Counted from the first letter of the stretch, positions 27,063-40,537 are shown. The stretch: DNA of 64,000 bases from Leucoraja ocellata (GCA_036785375.1 JAWMAR010000419.1:558001-622000); one strand, 5' to 3'. Notes: generated by a model from the sequence alone, not told the origin. Made by a program: numbers and translations.

Positions 27063-27589
27063 ATTCCTTCTCTCCAGAGATGCTACCTGAACCACTGAGT
27101 TGTTCCAGCATTTTGTGCATATCTTCGGTATAAACCAGCATCTGCAGTTGATTGTGTAGGAAAGAACTAGAGAAGGCACCTGACTCTCAGCCTGAAGGTC
27201 TCGACACCAAACGTCACCTATTCCCTTTCTCCAGAGATGCTGCCTGACCCGCTTTTTGTGTCTATCTGCATTTCCTTCCTACACATCGATGAGATATACT
27301 CATTTAATACTTCCCCGCTTCCTCTGACTCCATATATACTCACTCTTGTGTCCTACTTTCTCCTTTGTTCCTTTCTTCTTAATGTATGTATAAATTGCAT
27401 TGGGCTTCTCTTTAATCCTATTCACCAAGGACAGACAGTGCACTGGACTTGTTAGCCCTCCTGATTCCCTGTTAAATTCTCTCCTCTGCTTATTTTAACT
27501 TTCCTCAAAGTCCCTGTGTGATTTGGTCTTGCTAAGCCTGGCTTGTTCATGCAGATGTCTTTGTTGGTTGAGGGGGCATTTCTGAGTGC

Positions 27590-27850
27590 ATGGTCCTCCC
27601 GACACTGGGAGCGCTGCAGACGCGGCGGATCCTCACTCACTCACTCACTCACCCCAGGCCGGGGCCTCTGGTGTGGACGGGCCGGCGGCCTCTGGTTGGA
27701 GCTTGTGCGGCGGAGAGGCGGTGGGGAGCCGGTAAGGAGCAGTCTCTTGAGCCGGGGCCGCTGCTGTGTGTGTGTGTGGGGGTGGGGGGGGGGTCACCAG
27801 CCGGCCGGCCGGCCGCAGCCACTGTACAGAGACCTGGGTCACTACAGTAT
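27590..27850. promoter_or_regulatory. CpG island; likely TBCCD1 promoter/non-coding exon 1, possibly bidirectional
   Basis: GC/CpG-rich, not recognised as a repeat, 1.4 kb upstream of the TBCCD1 ATG exon; plus donor CCG|GTAAGG at 27732, minus donor GGG|GTGAGT at 27652. Confidence 0.6.
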
Positions 27851-28395
27851 TGTGTGTGTCTCTCAGACTTCACTACACCATCCAAATCATCCCAGCACAG
27901 ATCCTGGGCGTAACTGCTGTGGTTAACATCACTGGCTGCTGTGTGGTGTGATTATTAGCATGGGCTTGCAATCTACTCATTTTCCTACGTTGCATCATTG
28001 ACAAAACAAGTAATTTGTTGGCTATAACTTGCTTCAGAATATCTGCAGATGTGAAAATAGCTATAAATCTGTCACACAGTACTGGACAGCACAAGAAGAG
28101 GCTCTTCGGCCCACAATTTCTGCCTCAAACATGATGCCAAGTTAAACTACTCTCATGATCTATTTCCCTGCATGCACAGTCATGTGCCCAGCTAAAGGTC
28201 TCTTAAACCACATTATTTTATCTTCATCATCACCTCTGGCAGCGTGTCCTAGTCACCCACCACTCTGGGGAAGAAAAATTTGTCCTGCAAATCTCCTTTA
28301 AACATTGCCACTCTTACCTGAAAACAATGCCCTCTAGTCTTTAACATTTACACATTGGAAAACTGACTGAGTACTGTACAGTTGGACAAAATGTT

Positions 28396-28615
28396 TAGGA
28401 AGGAACTGCAGATGCTAGTTTAAACCAAAGATAACACAAAAAGCTGGAGTAACTCAGCAGGTCAGGCAGCATCTCTGGAGAAAAGGAATAGACGACGTTT
28501 CAGGTTGAGACTTCATGTATAATTTGAAGAAAGGTCTCGACCCAAAACATCACCTATTCCTTTTCTCAAGAGATGCTGTCTGACCCGCTGGGTTACTCCA
28601 GCTTTTTGTATCCAT
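28396..28615. repeat. Penelope-derived fold-back repeat
   Basis: same family, inverted arms. Confidence 0.75.
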
Positions 28616-29234
28616 CAACAGTTGGAGTTCTAATTACACATGAATAGCATTTGTGCAGAATTGTGTGAAAACATCTTGTTTTATGTATACCTTCAATCTA
28701 CGTTAAACTTATGAATAGTTTTATTGTCTGAGGATTCATTAATAGCCGATCAGATTTAATCAGCTTTTTCACACAAAGGGGGGTGGGTGTATGGAACAAG
28801 CTGCCAGAGGAGGTAGTTGAGGCATGGACTATCCTAACGTTTAAGAAACAGTTAGACAGGTACATGGATAGGACAGGTTTGGAGGGATAAGGACCAAATG
28901 CGGGCAGATGGGACTAGTGTAGCTGGGACATGTTGGCAGGTGTGGGCGTTGGGCTGAAGGGCCCGTTTCCACACTGTACCACTCTGTGACATTGTTTTTT
29001 AATTTGTTTATGAGATTATAGAGCATGCTTTGTCCTCAATTCTCTAGTTGCTCTATGTTACATTAAATAGGCAGGATATTACCATGTTCATGGAAAATAA
29101 ACACATTTTTGTCATTTAGTGACAACATTTTAGATATTGCAAAGCTTTATCTGTTCTAAAGTAAAGTGGCAATTAATTGATATCTCAGTAACTATTGGTG
29201 TCATGAAATAAAACATGTTTCCTTTTGCACAGAA

Positions 29235-29567
29235 ATGGAGCAACCACATGTCCGCCTTTGGGTAAAATATGAAACCTTTGTGATTGGAGTCTTGCAAATC
29301 CCACCTCCCTCAAAATTCAGCATGCACTACCTTCGAAAGATGGCGACTTACGTTCGAACAAAGGGAGATGGTGGCTATCCCTGCCTTTCTTGGCCTATGT
29401 GGAGACATATTGCCTGTGGAAAATTGCAGCTAGCTGAAAATTTGGCGTGGCTGTATTTTGAAACATTTGACATTCTTCTTGAGAGAACTGCAGAGGAGAG
29501 GTTGCAATGGGCTGAAGAGGTATCTCACTGCAAATCTGAAGAAGAAATCGACAAACTGAAAAACAAG
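29235..29567 (+). CDS. TBCCD1: TBCCD1 first coding exon
   Basis: acceptor ttttgcacag|AAATG; MEQPHVRLWVK...WRHIACGKLQL...EEEIDKLKNK matches TBCCD1 N-terminus; donor ambiguous (GC at 29568 or GT at 29574). Confidence 0.93.
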
Positions 29568-29875
29568 GCACGGGTTTTTTGTTTGTGATTTCCTAAAATT
29601 TATTTGGTAGTAGAAATTATAGTCTTGCATTTTTCATCAAAACATAGAACTTTCCATCACAGAATTTCTTGATGAATAAGTAGTCGTAATAAATGCATGA
29701 CCTGTGGTCTGCTTGTGGATTTCACTAACAATCTGCTGGAACGCCACTTTAAGCTGTACATTCTTTTGGAATCAGTTAATGTTTTTGAAGTGCACTAAGT
29801 TAAACATTACAATGTCCTCTAATTTCTACCATTCTGCTAGGTATCTTCATATACTGTAGATGGTAGCCCTGTAAA

Positions 29876-30054
29876 CAGTGGCGGACTGGTCAGGGTGTCA
29901 GCTTGCCCGATGGCAAGTGGGCCCCTGATGAAGTGGGCCCCCTATATCAAGTGGGCCCCTGATGAAGTGGGCCCCCTATATCAAGTGGGCCCCTGATGAA
30001 GTGGGCCCCCTTTGTCTCCTGGCAACCAATATTTTTAGACCCAGTCTATCATTG
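29876..30054. mobile_element. hAT-type MITE with internal AAGTGGGCCCC array
   Basis: TIR CAGTGGCGGACTGG/CCAGTCTATCATTG; 8-bp TSD CCTGTAAA/CCTATAAA; five GGGCCC repeats. Confidence 0.8.
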
Positions 30055-30495
30055 CCTATAAATATACATTATGATATCAAGTTTGTTTAAGAAGGAACTG
30101 CAGATGCTGGAAAATCGAAGGTAGACAAAAATGCTGGAGAAACTCAACGGGTGAAGAATGGTCTCGTCCCGAAACATTGCCTATTTCCTTCGCTCCATAG
30201 ATGCTGCCTCACCCGCTGAGTTTCTCCAGCGTTTTTGTCTACCTACCATTATCATATCAAGGATTGTGAAGACTTTTTTTGAAACCCCGACTTTTTGTGC
30301 AGTGTATAGTGAAAATGTTGCAACACCTGTGACGGAGTTTTGACTCCTACGTAAGCAGAGGATAATTTTGTTTGAATCCTAGTCCTCCAAGTTTGTCTCT
30401 GGCAAATAAATGAAAATGTTTGGTACAAATTATTCGTGACAGGGTACGGAAATGACTGTCCTAACTGCTTAAAATGCATTATTTTCAAACCTTTG

Positions 30496-30811
30496 GGGTA
30501 GCACGGTGGCACAGCGGTAGAGTTGCTGCCTTACAGCTCTTGCAGCACCAGAGACTCGGGTTCGATCCCCACTACAGGTGCTGTCTGTACAGAGTCTGTA
30601 TGTTCTCCCCGTGACCACGTGGGTTTTCTCTGAGATCTTCGGTTTCCTCCCACACTCCAAAGGCGTACATCTTTGTAGGTTAATTGGCTTGGTATAAGTG
30701 TAAATGGTCCCTAGTGTGTGTAGGATACCATTAATGTGCGAGGATTGCTGGTCGGTGTGGACTTGGTGGGCCAAAGGGCCTGTTTCGGCACTGTATCTCT
30801 AAACTAAACTA
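30496..30811 (+). mobile_element. V-SINE (HE1-like), full length
   Basis: GGTAGCACGGTGGCACAGCGG..GGGTTCGATCC head, V-domain, (CTAAA)n tail. Confidence 0.82.
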
Positions 30812-31488
30812 TGGAGGAATCATTATAAAGGCTGCATTTTTATCAAAGTTTTAAATATCATATATGTTTACATCATGCAAAACCTTTTCTTAGTGAAACA
30901 TTGATCAGTGGAAATAAATTTTGGTTAGTTCATACTTTTTTTAATGATTGTAAAAATACTTTAGCAGCTTTCCCGTGCAAATTGTTGCTCATGAAGATAT
31001 AGTTCACGGATTATTCATTACAAAAGTGTGAAAACTCTTTCAAATCTTGGAATTGTTGATTGTTAGGAGAGCCAAGTTGTTACATGTTGTTTTGTGCACG
31101 TGGAAAGTGAGGGAATATAATATTTTTAGGAGAAATTAAGAATTAGTCTAATTTCGTACTGCGATTTTTGAGATAACAGCAAGAAACGTTGGCACAGCTG
31201 GTAGAGCTACTGGCTCTCAGCACCCAATGATGCTGACCATGGGTGCGATCTTTGTGCAGTTTGCATGTTCTCCTTGTGACCACGTGTGTTCCCTCCCACA
31301 TCCCAAGGACGTGTGGATTTGTAGGTTAATTGATCTCTGTAAATTGTGTCAGGAGTGAATGAGAAAATAGGGTAACGCAAAAGAAGTATGAACAGGTGAT
31401 CGATGGTTGGCGTGGACTTGGTGGGTCTGTTCCATACTGTACCTCTAAAAGAAATATTATTCAGAAACACTGAATATTACCTATTGTC

Positions 31489-32701
31489 TTAATTGGGGAA
31501 GTAGCTATTCCTGAACCTGGTTGTTGCAGTCTTCAGGCTCCTGTACCTTCTACCTGAAGGTAGCAGGGAGATGAGTGTGTGGCCAGGATGGTGTGGGTCT
31601 TTGATGATACTGCCAGCCTTTTTGAGGCAGCGACTGCGATAAATCCCCTCGATGGAAGGAAGGTCAGAGCCGATGATGGACTGGGCAGTGTTTACTACAT
31701 TTTGTAGTCTTTTTCTCTCCAGGGCGCTCAAATTACCGAACCAAGCCACGATGCAACCGGTCAGCATGCTCTCTACTGTGCACCTGTAGAAGTTAGAGAG
31801 AGTTTTCCTTGACAAACCGACTCTCCGTAATCTTCTCAGGAAGTAGAGGCGCTGATGAGCTTTCTTGATAATTGCACTAGTGTTCTCGGACCAGGAAAGA
31901 TCTTCAGAGATGTGCACGCCCAGGAATTTGAAGCTTTTGATCCTTTCAACCATATAAATGGGGCTGTGGGTCCCCCTCCTACTCCTTCCAAAGTCCACAA
32001 TCAGTTCCTTGGTTTTGCTGGTGTTGAGGGCCAGGTTATTGCGCTGGCATCATATGGACAGTTGCTCAATCTCTCTTTTATACTCTGACTCATTCCCATC
32101 AGTGATACGCCCCACAACAGTGGTGTCGTCTGCAAACTTGATGATGGAGTTCTCACTGTGACTGGCTACGCAGTCATGAGTATAGAGTGAGTACAGCAGG
32201 GGGCTGAGCACGCAGCCTTGAGGTGCTCCTCTGCTGATTGTTATCGAGGCTGACACATTTCCACCAATACGAACAGACTGTGATCTGTGAATGAGGAAGT
32301 CGAGGATCCAATTGCAGAGGGATGTGTTGAGACCCAGTTCTGCGAGTTAGGTAACCAGCTTGGAGGGGATGATTGTGTTAAATGCGGAGCTGTAATCGAT
32401 GAATAACAGCCTGACATTTGTTGTCCAAGTGGTCCAGAGCGGAGTGGAGGGCCAGCGAGATCGCATCCACCGTTGATCTGTTGTGGCGGTAAGCGAACTG
32501 CAGTGGGTCCAGGTTTTTGTCGAGGTAGGAGTTGATTTGCTCCATGATCAACCTCTCAAAGCACTTCATCACCACCGGAGTTAGTGCCACTGGTCGATAG
32601 TCATTGAGGCACGTCACCTTACTCTTCTTGGGCACCAATATAATTGATGCCCTTTTAAAGCAGGTGGGGACCTCAGACCTCAGAAGTGAGAGGTTGAACA
32701 T
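31489..32701 (-). mobile_element. Rex1/Babar LINE fragment
   Basis: [53 protein letters not shown]; frameshifted. Confidence 0.9.
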
Positions 32702-32704
32702 GAA

Positions 32705-33275
32705 CTAACTGTGTTTCAAAATAATCTATTTAATTACGGGTTAATAACGGGAAAAAAGCTTATACTTAAATTCTGGAAAAACGCCCCTATACCAACAATA
32801 AATATATGGATTTCAAATATGTTCGAAACATTACACCTGGAAGATATGAGACTCCTTCTTGCAGGCAAATCAGACCACTTCCAAAAGACGTGGTCTGCAT
32901 TTATCAACTTACTGCAAGTATAAGGTGTAACAGTACTTTGAAAAGAAATGGTTTCAGGATCTGGTAAGGGTGGATGAAAAATACAAAGTTGGTATATCCC
33001 TTTCTGCTCTGTCTTCATAATAGGGCTTTTGTTTCTTTTTCTCTTTTTTCTTTGTTACGGCCTATTTCTTAACTTTTTTCTCTAACTCTTTCCTTAATGG
33101 GCCTTTCTTTTTGATCACTTTTTCACTATCACGATTCTTTCTCACTTTCTCTACTTCTTTCTCTTTTTAAAGCTTAAAAAATGAAGTGGTACAATAAACG
33201 TAATAAGTTATATTTGGCTTGTATTATTGTAATGTACTTTACTTCTAATAAATAAAATTAGTTTTAAAAAAAACA
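32705..33275 (+). mobile_element. L1-clade 3' fragment
   Basis: GLITGKKLILKFWK...FQKTWSAF, T-rich 3'UTR, AATAAA and poly(A). Confidence 0.7.
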
Positions 33276-33624
33276 TTGAAATGACTAAGAAATAGGCAAG
33301 GCAAGCAACATTTGTGGAAGGGAAAAGACAAGTCTTGTCTCTTTTCCAGTCCATTTTCTTCCATGGATGCTGCCTGGCCCACTGAGTTCTCCAGTTTGTT
33401 TTGTGCTCCTTTTACAGCACTAGCTGTGATACGTAGAACATATTTGATTTAGAATGATGTTCTCAATAAATATCGCAGTTAACCAATTTGGAGTAACTTC
33501 AACATATTATATGTTTTGTAAAAGGCTGAACGCTTTAAATATTGTATTCTAAATTTGCATGCAATGTAATGCATCAATTATGTGATTAAAAAAAATACTA
33601 ATATAAATTGAACTCTTCACACAG

Positions 33625-33774
33625 TTATCAGTGGACACACTGCAGTTCCTGCTGTTTCTTTATGTTCAGCAGCTAAACAAAGTTTCTCTCCGTACATCAT
33701 TGATTGGAGAGGAATGGCCAAGTCCCAGGTCACGTTCGCCTGATCTGGATGTAAAATCGAATTCTCAGAGCAAG
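33625..33774 (+). CDS. TBCCD1: TBCCD1 coding exon 2
   Basis: LSVDTLQFLLFLYVQQLNKVSLRTSLIGEEWPSPRSRSPDLDVKSNSQSK; AG/GTAGG. Confidence 0.96.
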
Positions 33775-36307
33775 GTAGGCTTATGTGTTACCATTAAAAT
33801 GCCTTTCACTCCTGCCAAATGAAAAGAAATGCACTAACAATTATTTGTTAAACTTCACTATGTTGGTTGTGAACTTGAACACTGAATTGTGCCTTTTTTT
33901 AAATTGATATTGAACTGAAAATCTAACATGGTAGGCAGGAGGCAAATCTGCATTTTCATTTCTCCATGTCAGTAATAGCAGGGAAGATTAGTGAAGCCCA
34001 CAGCTAACAATGGCCTGTTTCCTTTATCATAGTTACTTCTTTGCATACCTTTCATTCATTTGTTCTATATCTCTACATCATTGTCTATATCTCTCGTTTC
34101 CCTTTCCCCTCACTTTCAGTCGGAAGAAGGGTCTCGACCAGAACCGTCACCCATTCCTTCTCTCCAGAAGTGCCGCCTGTCCAGCTGAGTTACTCCAGCA
34201 TTTTGTGTCTATTTAGTGAATTCCAAGCCAGATGTAAACTTCAAATATTAACTGCTGTAGTTAATTTTTGGTTGCAGCCGTTCACACTGTCTTCATTTTA
34301 CTTTGCTGGTAAAAACTGTACTTCTGATTACATCAGTTTGCTGTTGATTCTGGTGGAGATAAACTTTGGATTGAACATATTGTGCAGGTTAAAATGTATT
34401 TCATCAAATAGCATTTAATCATTTATAATTCTATTGTTAATTATATAAATTAAAGTTTTCAAGAGCAGTTTTTATAAAAAGAGTTAATTATCCAGAATGA
34501 CATGTCCCCCACAGTATGATTGGCCTGTTTTCCAGCAGTTCTCAAAATCACTTTTGACCTTTGAAAACCTGATCCCCTGGTTAGTCGGTTCCTCACTGTT
34601 ATACAGCGTGGAAAAAGTTACCCCTCAGATTCCTATTAAATCTTTTCCCCTTCACATTAAACCTATGTCCTCTGGTCCTCGATTCACCTTCTCTGGGCAA
34701 GAGACTGTGTACATCTACCCGATCTATTCCTCTCATGAGAATTTTTAACCATCCAGGCTTTTTACTTGATTCCTCTGTATCTGTTTATCTGTATCTGCCT
34801 CTCTTTCTGTTTATTTCCATCAACCCTACACACACTACTTTCACATAATTTGTGTCAAGCCATCTTATGTGTCTGAATTAGTTTGCCCATTTGCCTCCAA
34901 TGTCTTCCTTTTCTGAGGTAGTCTGGTACAGTGTATCAAATTAGTACTCAAGGTGCCTGGACAAAAAATCCTAAAATCAGAGTTCACGTCCCACCTTTAT
35001 AGCTGTGGAATTTAAATTCTGTATTGTATCTGTTAACCTTTGATTACTGTAAAAATCCAACTCATTACAGATGTACTATCATGACAGATGTATTTTATTT
35101 CTTCCATTAACTTTGGGTCCAAATTAATTTCCATTGCAGCCGGTCACACTGACTATATGTGACTCCAGAAGAACAGACTGACCTTATGAAAAGGCCAAGC
35201 AAGTCATTCTGTTGTATCATAACCAGCCCTCTTTCTAAAGGGCAGTTACGAATGGGTAATAAAATGCCCACATTACAAAAAAAGAAAACATATCTCGTAC
35301 ACCAGGGTGGATTCTGTTGCAATTGTTATTGTAAAGAACCATCACAGATGCAATGGACCAAATGGCAACTTCCTATGCTGTAATTCCTATGGTTCTCACG
35401 AGTTATAATAAGCTGCTTCAAAACTGATTCAAATACTCCTTTAAAAATAAATTAAATCTTACTGTCTTTGAACTACTGTGTTATAATGATCCCAACTGCA
35501 CAGTCCTAACGTCTTATGAAAAACACACAAAACTTGCTTGATGTGGAAGCTTTAAAGGATATGTGATCACTGCTGTGAATTTTCCACCCATTCTTATCAA
35601 ACACTTGTGTCCGATAGATTTTGTGTCCGAATTAAATGTGTCTTTTAAAAACATTTGATATATCTATGCACTTAGATTTGTAATATACTGCCCTCTTTAT
35701 AAAGCTGGGCTTGCAATCAATTTGGTTTCATTAACACACATAACTTGGATAGAGTGGATGTAGAGAGGATGTTTTCACTAGTGGGTGAGTCTAGGACCAG
35801 AGGCCATAGCCTCAATAAAAGGTTGTACCTTTAGAAAGGAGATGAGGAGAAACTTCTGTGTTTAGAGGGTGGTGAATCTGTGGAATTCATTGCAACAGGC
35901 AGCTGTGGAGCCCAAATCAATGGATATTTTTAATGCAGAGATTGGTAAACATGTCAGGGATTCTGGAGCATAGGAGAATGGAGTTGAGAGGGAAAGATAG
36001 ATCAGCCATGATTGAATGATGGAGTAAACTTGATGGGCCGAATGGCCAAATTCTGCTCCTAGAACTTAGAAACTTATGTATTTACTTTGCTCCAGATTTT
36101 TGACCAGCAGAGGGAACGGAGAAATTGATGGAGCACTGCGTAGGTACACAAGGTTAATTCCCGGGAGTGCGAGACTGTCATATGCTGAGAGAATGGAGCA
36201 GCTGGGCTTGTATACTCTGGAATTTAGAAGGATGAGGGGATCTTATTGAAACATATAAGATTATTAAGGGTTTGGACATGCTAGAGGCAGGAAACATGTT
36301 CCCGATG

Positions 36308-36454
36308 GTTCACAAAAAAGCTGGAGAAAATCAGCGGGTGCAGCAGCATCTATGGAGCGAAGGAAACCTTCGCTCCATAGATGCTGCTGCACCCGCGGAG
36401 TTTCTCCAGCTTTTTTATGTACCTTCGATTTTCCAGCATCTGCAGTTCCTTCTT
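36308..36454. repeat. Penelope-derived fold-back repeat inserted in CR1
   Basis: 16-bp TSD AAACATGTTCCCGATG (36292-307 and 36455-70). Confidence 0.85.
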
Positions 36455-37035
36455 AAACATGTTCCCGATGTTGGGGGAGTCCATAACCAGGGGCCACAGT
36501 TTAAGAATAAGGAGTAAGCCGTTTAGAACGGAGATCAGGAAACACTTTTTCACACAGAGAGTTGTGAGTCTGTGGAATTCTCTGCCTCAGGTGGAGTCTG
36601 TGGAATTCTCTGCCTCAGGTGGAGGCCGGTTCTCTGGATACTTTCAAGAGAATGCTGGATAGGGTTCTTAAAAATAGTGGAGTCAGGGGATATGGGGAGA
36701 AGGCAGGAACGGGGTACTGATTGTGAATGATTAGCCATTATCACATTGAATGGCGGTGCTGGCTCGAAGGGCCGAACGGCCTACTCCTGCACCTATTGCC
36801 TATTGGAAGAGGAATATACTACTTGTGGTAGAATCTGATTAGGGAAGCTATTTTAAAACACCCTTTATTTGCTTTCTCACAAATAATTCGATAGCCGTCT
36901 ATTCATTCCACACAAAGTGATGTAACTGATTTAGTCGCACAATATCTCATGCATAGTAAAACATTTAAATAAAATAACATACTAGCAGTGAAATGTTCAT
37001 CAGAAGTTTTTTGTTGTTGTTTTTGTACAATGCAG

Positions 37036-37402
37036 AATATGGATGACCATAACCATCTGGCATTTATTCTGAGCCACTTGTCAGAGTTGTTGGAGCTTCT
37101 GCTTGACCCTGGGCAACTCACCATTTCAGCCCACACGACCCATGACAGCATGATATCTGCAGAAGCCGTTAGAGCCCTGAACTTTCTCTTTGAAGGAAGT
37201 ATCGGACGGAATGAAGCAATTCATCCTGTGCATGAACTGGCTTTTTGGCAACCAATTCTGGCCACAACTGGCTATTCCAAGCTTTCCAAGATGTTCCATT
37301 TCCATAAACTGGAAGCCTGGTTGAGGAGTGTGCTCGGACCCAATCCATTCGGCACTGCAGTCTGTTTCCAAAAGGGAAAGAAGCTAGCGTGGGCACAGCA
37401 AG
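37036..37402 (+). CDS. TBCCD1: TBCCD1 coding exon 3
   Basis: NMDDHNHLAFILSHLSELLELLLDP...NPFGTAVCFQKGKKLAWAQQ; 367 nt. Confidence 0.96.
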
Positions 37403-38370
37403 GTAATTCTGTCTGCAGACCTGAAACGTCACCCTTTCCTTCTATCCAGAGATGCTACCTGTCCCGCTGAGTTACTCCAGCATTTTGTCTACCTTTGGTA
37501 ATTCATCAACACTTGATCATGAAAATAACAATTTTACACTTATTGAAATTTAAATTTGCATTTTGAATCAAAATCAAAAGATAGTAGGTATGTGACAAGA
37601 TGCTCTATTTAATTTTTTTTTAAAGAATGTATGGGACTGTTGGGAGCTGAAGAGGGAACCATATGTTCCGACTTTTGAAACGTGGATGATTCTTTGAGCA
37701 TTTCCACTACCTCACAAAAATGGCTGATGTGTTTGGTAATTATAACAGAAGTCTTAATCTGCACTTTCCTGAAAATCCTTCAGTGTTATGTGAAAGTTGC
37801 CAGTGATCATTTACCTCTTTCTGCTATCTCAAAGTCCCCATCCCATCTCTCATCACAACGCACCTTCTTATTTGGTACGCGGAAGCTGGAATGTCGTTCT
37901 GAACTGTGTGATCTCTGGTTGTGGGGAAAATGTGTGGGAAGATCAGCACCATGACAGAGAAGATTTACGAGGATGTTGCCGGGGCTCGAGGGTCTGAGCT
38001 GTAGGAAGGGGTTGAGTAGGCCAGGACTATTCTTTGCAGCGCAGGAGGATGAGGGGTGATCTTATATTGTATAAAATCATGAGAGGAATCGATCGGGTAG
38101 AGACTCTTGCCCAGAATAGGTGAATCAAGGACCAAGCTGTTTTTTTTGTCAATTCTTTATTAGGTTCATGATATACATTCCTCGGGTTAGGCCTAATCTA
38201 GCCTTTATAATACATTGTCAGGGCGGAAACTCAAGTTTTACTATCAGGAACTGTTATTAGGGTTCATAGTGTGCTAATGGAGAATGGATTTGACAAATAA
38301 CCAGGTTTCAGAACAAGTTTAAAAGCAATTAATTTTGAATCTAGCTCATTACTACCTTGCTGTCATGCTT

Positions 38371-38645
38371 AGACACAAAATGCTGGAGTAGACATAATGT
38401 GTAAGAAGGAACTGCAGATGCTAGTTTAAACCGAAGATAGATACAAAAAGCTGCGGTAACTCAGCGGGACAGGCAGCATCTCTGGAGAGAAGGAATAGGT
38501 GACGTTTTTGAGTCTGCACACGGGTCTCAACCCGAAACATCACCTATTCGTTCGCTCCAGAGATGCTGCCTGTACCGCTGAGTTGCTCCAGCATTTTATG
38601 TCTATCTTTGATTTATCCCTTGCATCTGCAGTTGCTTCCTACACA
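38371..38645. repeat. Penelope-derived fold-back repeat
   Basis: 15-bp TSD CTTGCTGTCATGCTT (38356-70 and 38646-60); inverted arms. Confidence 0.85.
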
Positions 38646-39244
38646 CTTGCTGTCATGCTTGTTTGATATGTTTTCACTTGTATGAAACTGATAGAGCAGC
38701 AGCAAGGTTACCATACGGTTCCTCTTCTGTCTGTAACCTGGATGGTTTGTAAGTTGGAAATGATTAGAAATGTCCGTGACAGGAGAGCAAGCAAACGCGG
38801 GAAGGCCTCACTCACTCCATGAATCAGCAAGTGAACATGCCCGCTCAGCTCGAAAATTGACACAAAATGCTGGAGTATCTCAGCTTGATCTAGTATCTGT
38901 AGGGGGAGGGTGTTGGGGAGAAAGGCACGCAGAATGCTCTGCTCCCAACTAGCAGAAGATGCCTGGTGCCCACAGCAGCGGCCAAATCCATCCTTCCAGT
39001 CTCTCAAACGCTTGCTCGTATGTACGAGCTGTTCATAACTCGGGTATTTGAAATCTAGGAGAATCTACAATTTATTTTTAATTTGAATGAGGAGAAAGCT
39101 TCCCAAGTGATCATTGGACCATTTTTTTATTAAATAAGATCGTACTAGTGAGGAAATTTCCATATTTCATCTATGAATTACTTTATTGCAGGCAATGAAT
39201 TGAAATTTCCTAATTATATCTTCCAGTGTATAATATAGCACCAT

Positions 39245-39983
39245 AGGAAAAGGGGAGATGCAACGAGACCTGGGTGTCATGGTACACCAGTCATTGAAAG
39301 TAGGCATGCAGGTGCAGCAGGCAGTGAAGAAAGTGAATGGTATGTTAGCATTCATAGCAAAAGGATTTGAGTATAGGAGCAGGGAGGTTCTACTGCAGTT
39401 GTACAGGGCCTTGGTGAGACCACACCTGGACTATTGTGTACAGTTTTGGTCTCCTAATCTGAGGAAAGACATTATTGCCATAGAGGGAGTACAGAGAAGG
39501 TTCACCAGACTGATTCCTGGGATGGCGGGACTTTCATATGAAGAAAGACTGGATAGACTCGGCTTGTACTCGCTAGAATTTATAGGATTGAGGGGGGATC
39601 TTATAGAAACTTACAAAATTCTCAAGGGGTTGGACAGGCTAGATGCAGGAAGATTGTACCCGATGTTGGGGAAGTCCAGAACAAAGGGTCACAGTTTAAG
39701 GATAAGGGGGAAGTCTTTTAGGACAGAGATGAGAAAAACATTTTTCACACAGAGAGTGGTGAATCTGTGGAATTCTCTGCCACAGAAAGTAGTTGAGGCC
39801 AGTTCATTGGCTATATTTAAGAGGAAGTTAGATGTGGCCCTTGTGGCTAAAGGGATTAGGGGATATGGAGAGAAGGCAGGTACAGGATACTGAGTTGGAT
39901 GATCAGCCATGATCATATTGAATGGTGGTGCAGGCTCGAAGGGCCGAATGGCCTACTCCTGCACCTATTTTCTATGTTTCTAT
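39245..39983 (+). mobile_element. CR1 3' fragment
   Basis: 211-aa ORF2 C-terminus plus tail. Confidence 0.92.
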
Positions 39984-40350
39984 AATGATATATTGGTGTG
40001 CAGTATCAACTTTATTCTGTTCCAAAAACATAATCGGCTGGAAAAACTCAGCTGGTCAGGTAGCATTGGTGGAGGAAGATTGACAGAGATCTTTATTCTT
40101 TTGTTCTGTTGCTCATCAATTAAGAGATTATTGCAGTCATATTTCTGAACCATGTTTTCATAGGTATTCAATTTGCTATTGATTTAATTGACACCTATTT
40201 ACAGGCCAGATTGACATCTTACATAGTACAGTCAACTTTGTCATCTCATGGAGTTAACGTGGGTTTACTATGGCCATCCGATCACTAACTTGCAACATCC
40301 AGACCTTCTGACTGTCTATATGATACTGAGCTACTTTCTCTCTTTCTAAG

Positions 40351-40537
40351 TTGAAGGTACGACAAAGCGGGCCAAGATTGCATGCAATACGTACACAGCA
40401 CCTAAAGGCCACAAGGTGGTGATAATGACACAAGTATACAAGCAAACCCTGGCCAAGAGCTCAGAGCAGCTAGTTGGAGCCCATGTTAAAATACATCGCT
40501 GCAATGACTGCTTCATATATCTCTTATCTCCTTTAAG
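40351..40537 (+). CDS. TBCCD1: TBCCD1 coding exon 4
   Basis: VEGTTKRAKIACNTYTAPKGHKVVIMTQVYKQTLAKSSEQLVGAHVKIHRCNDCFIYLLSPLR; 187 nt. Confidence 0.96.

Noticed and set aside
29915-30012. Regularly spaced repeats resembling a CRISPR array
   Set aside because: Spacers are 5-6 nt and repeated, the array lies inside a MITE, the context is eukaryotic and no cas genes are present
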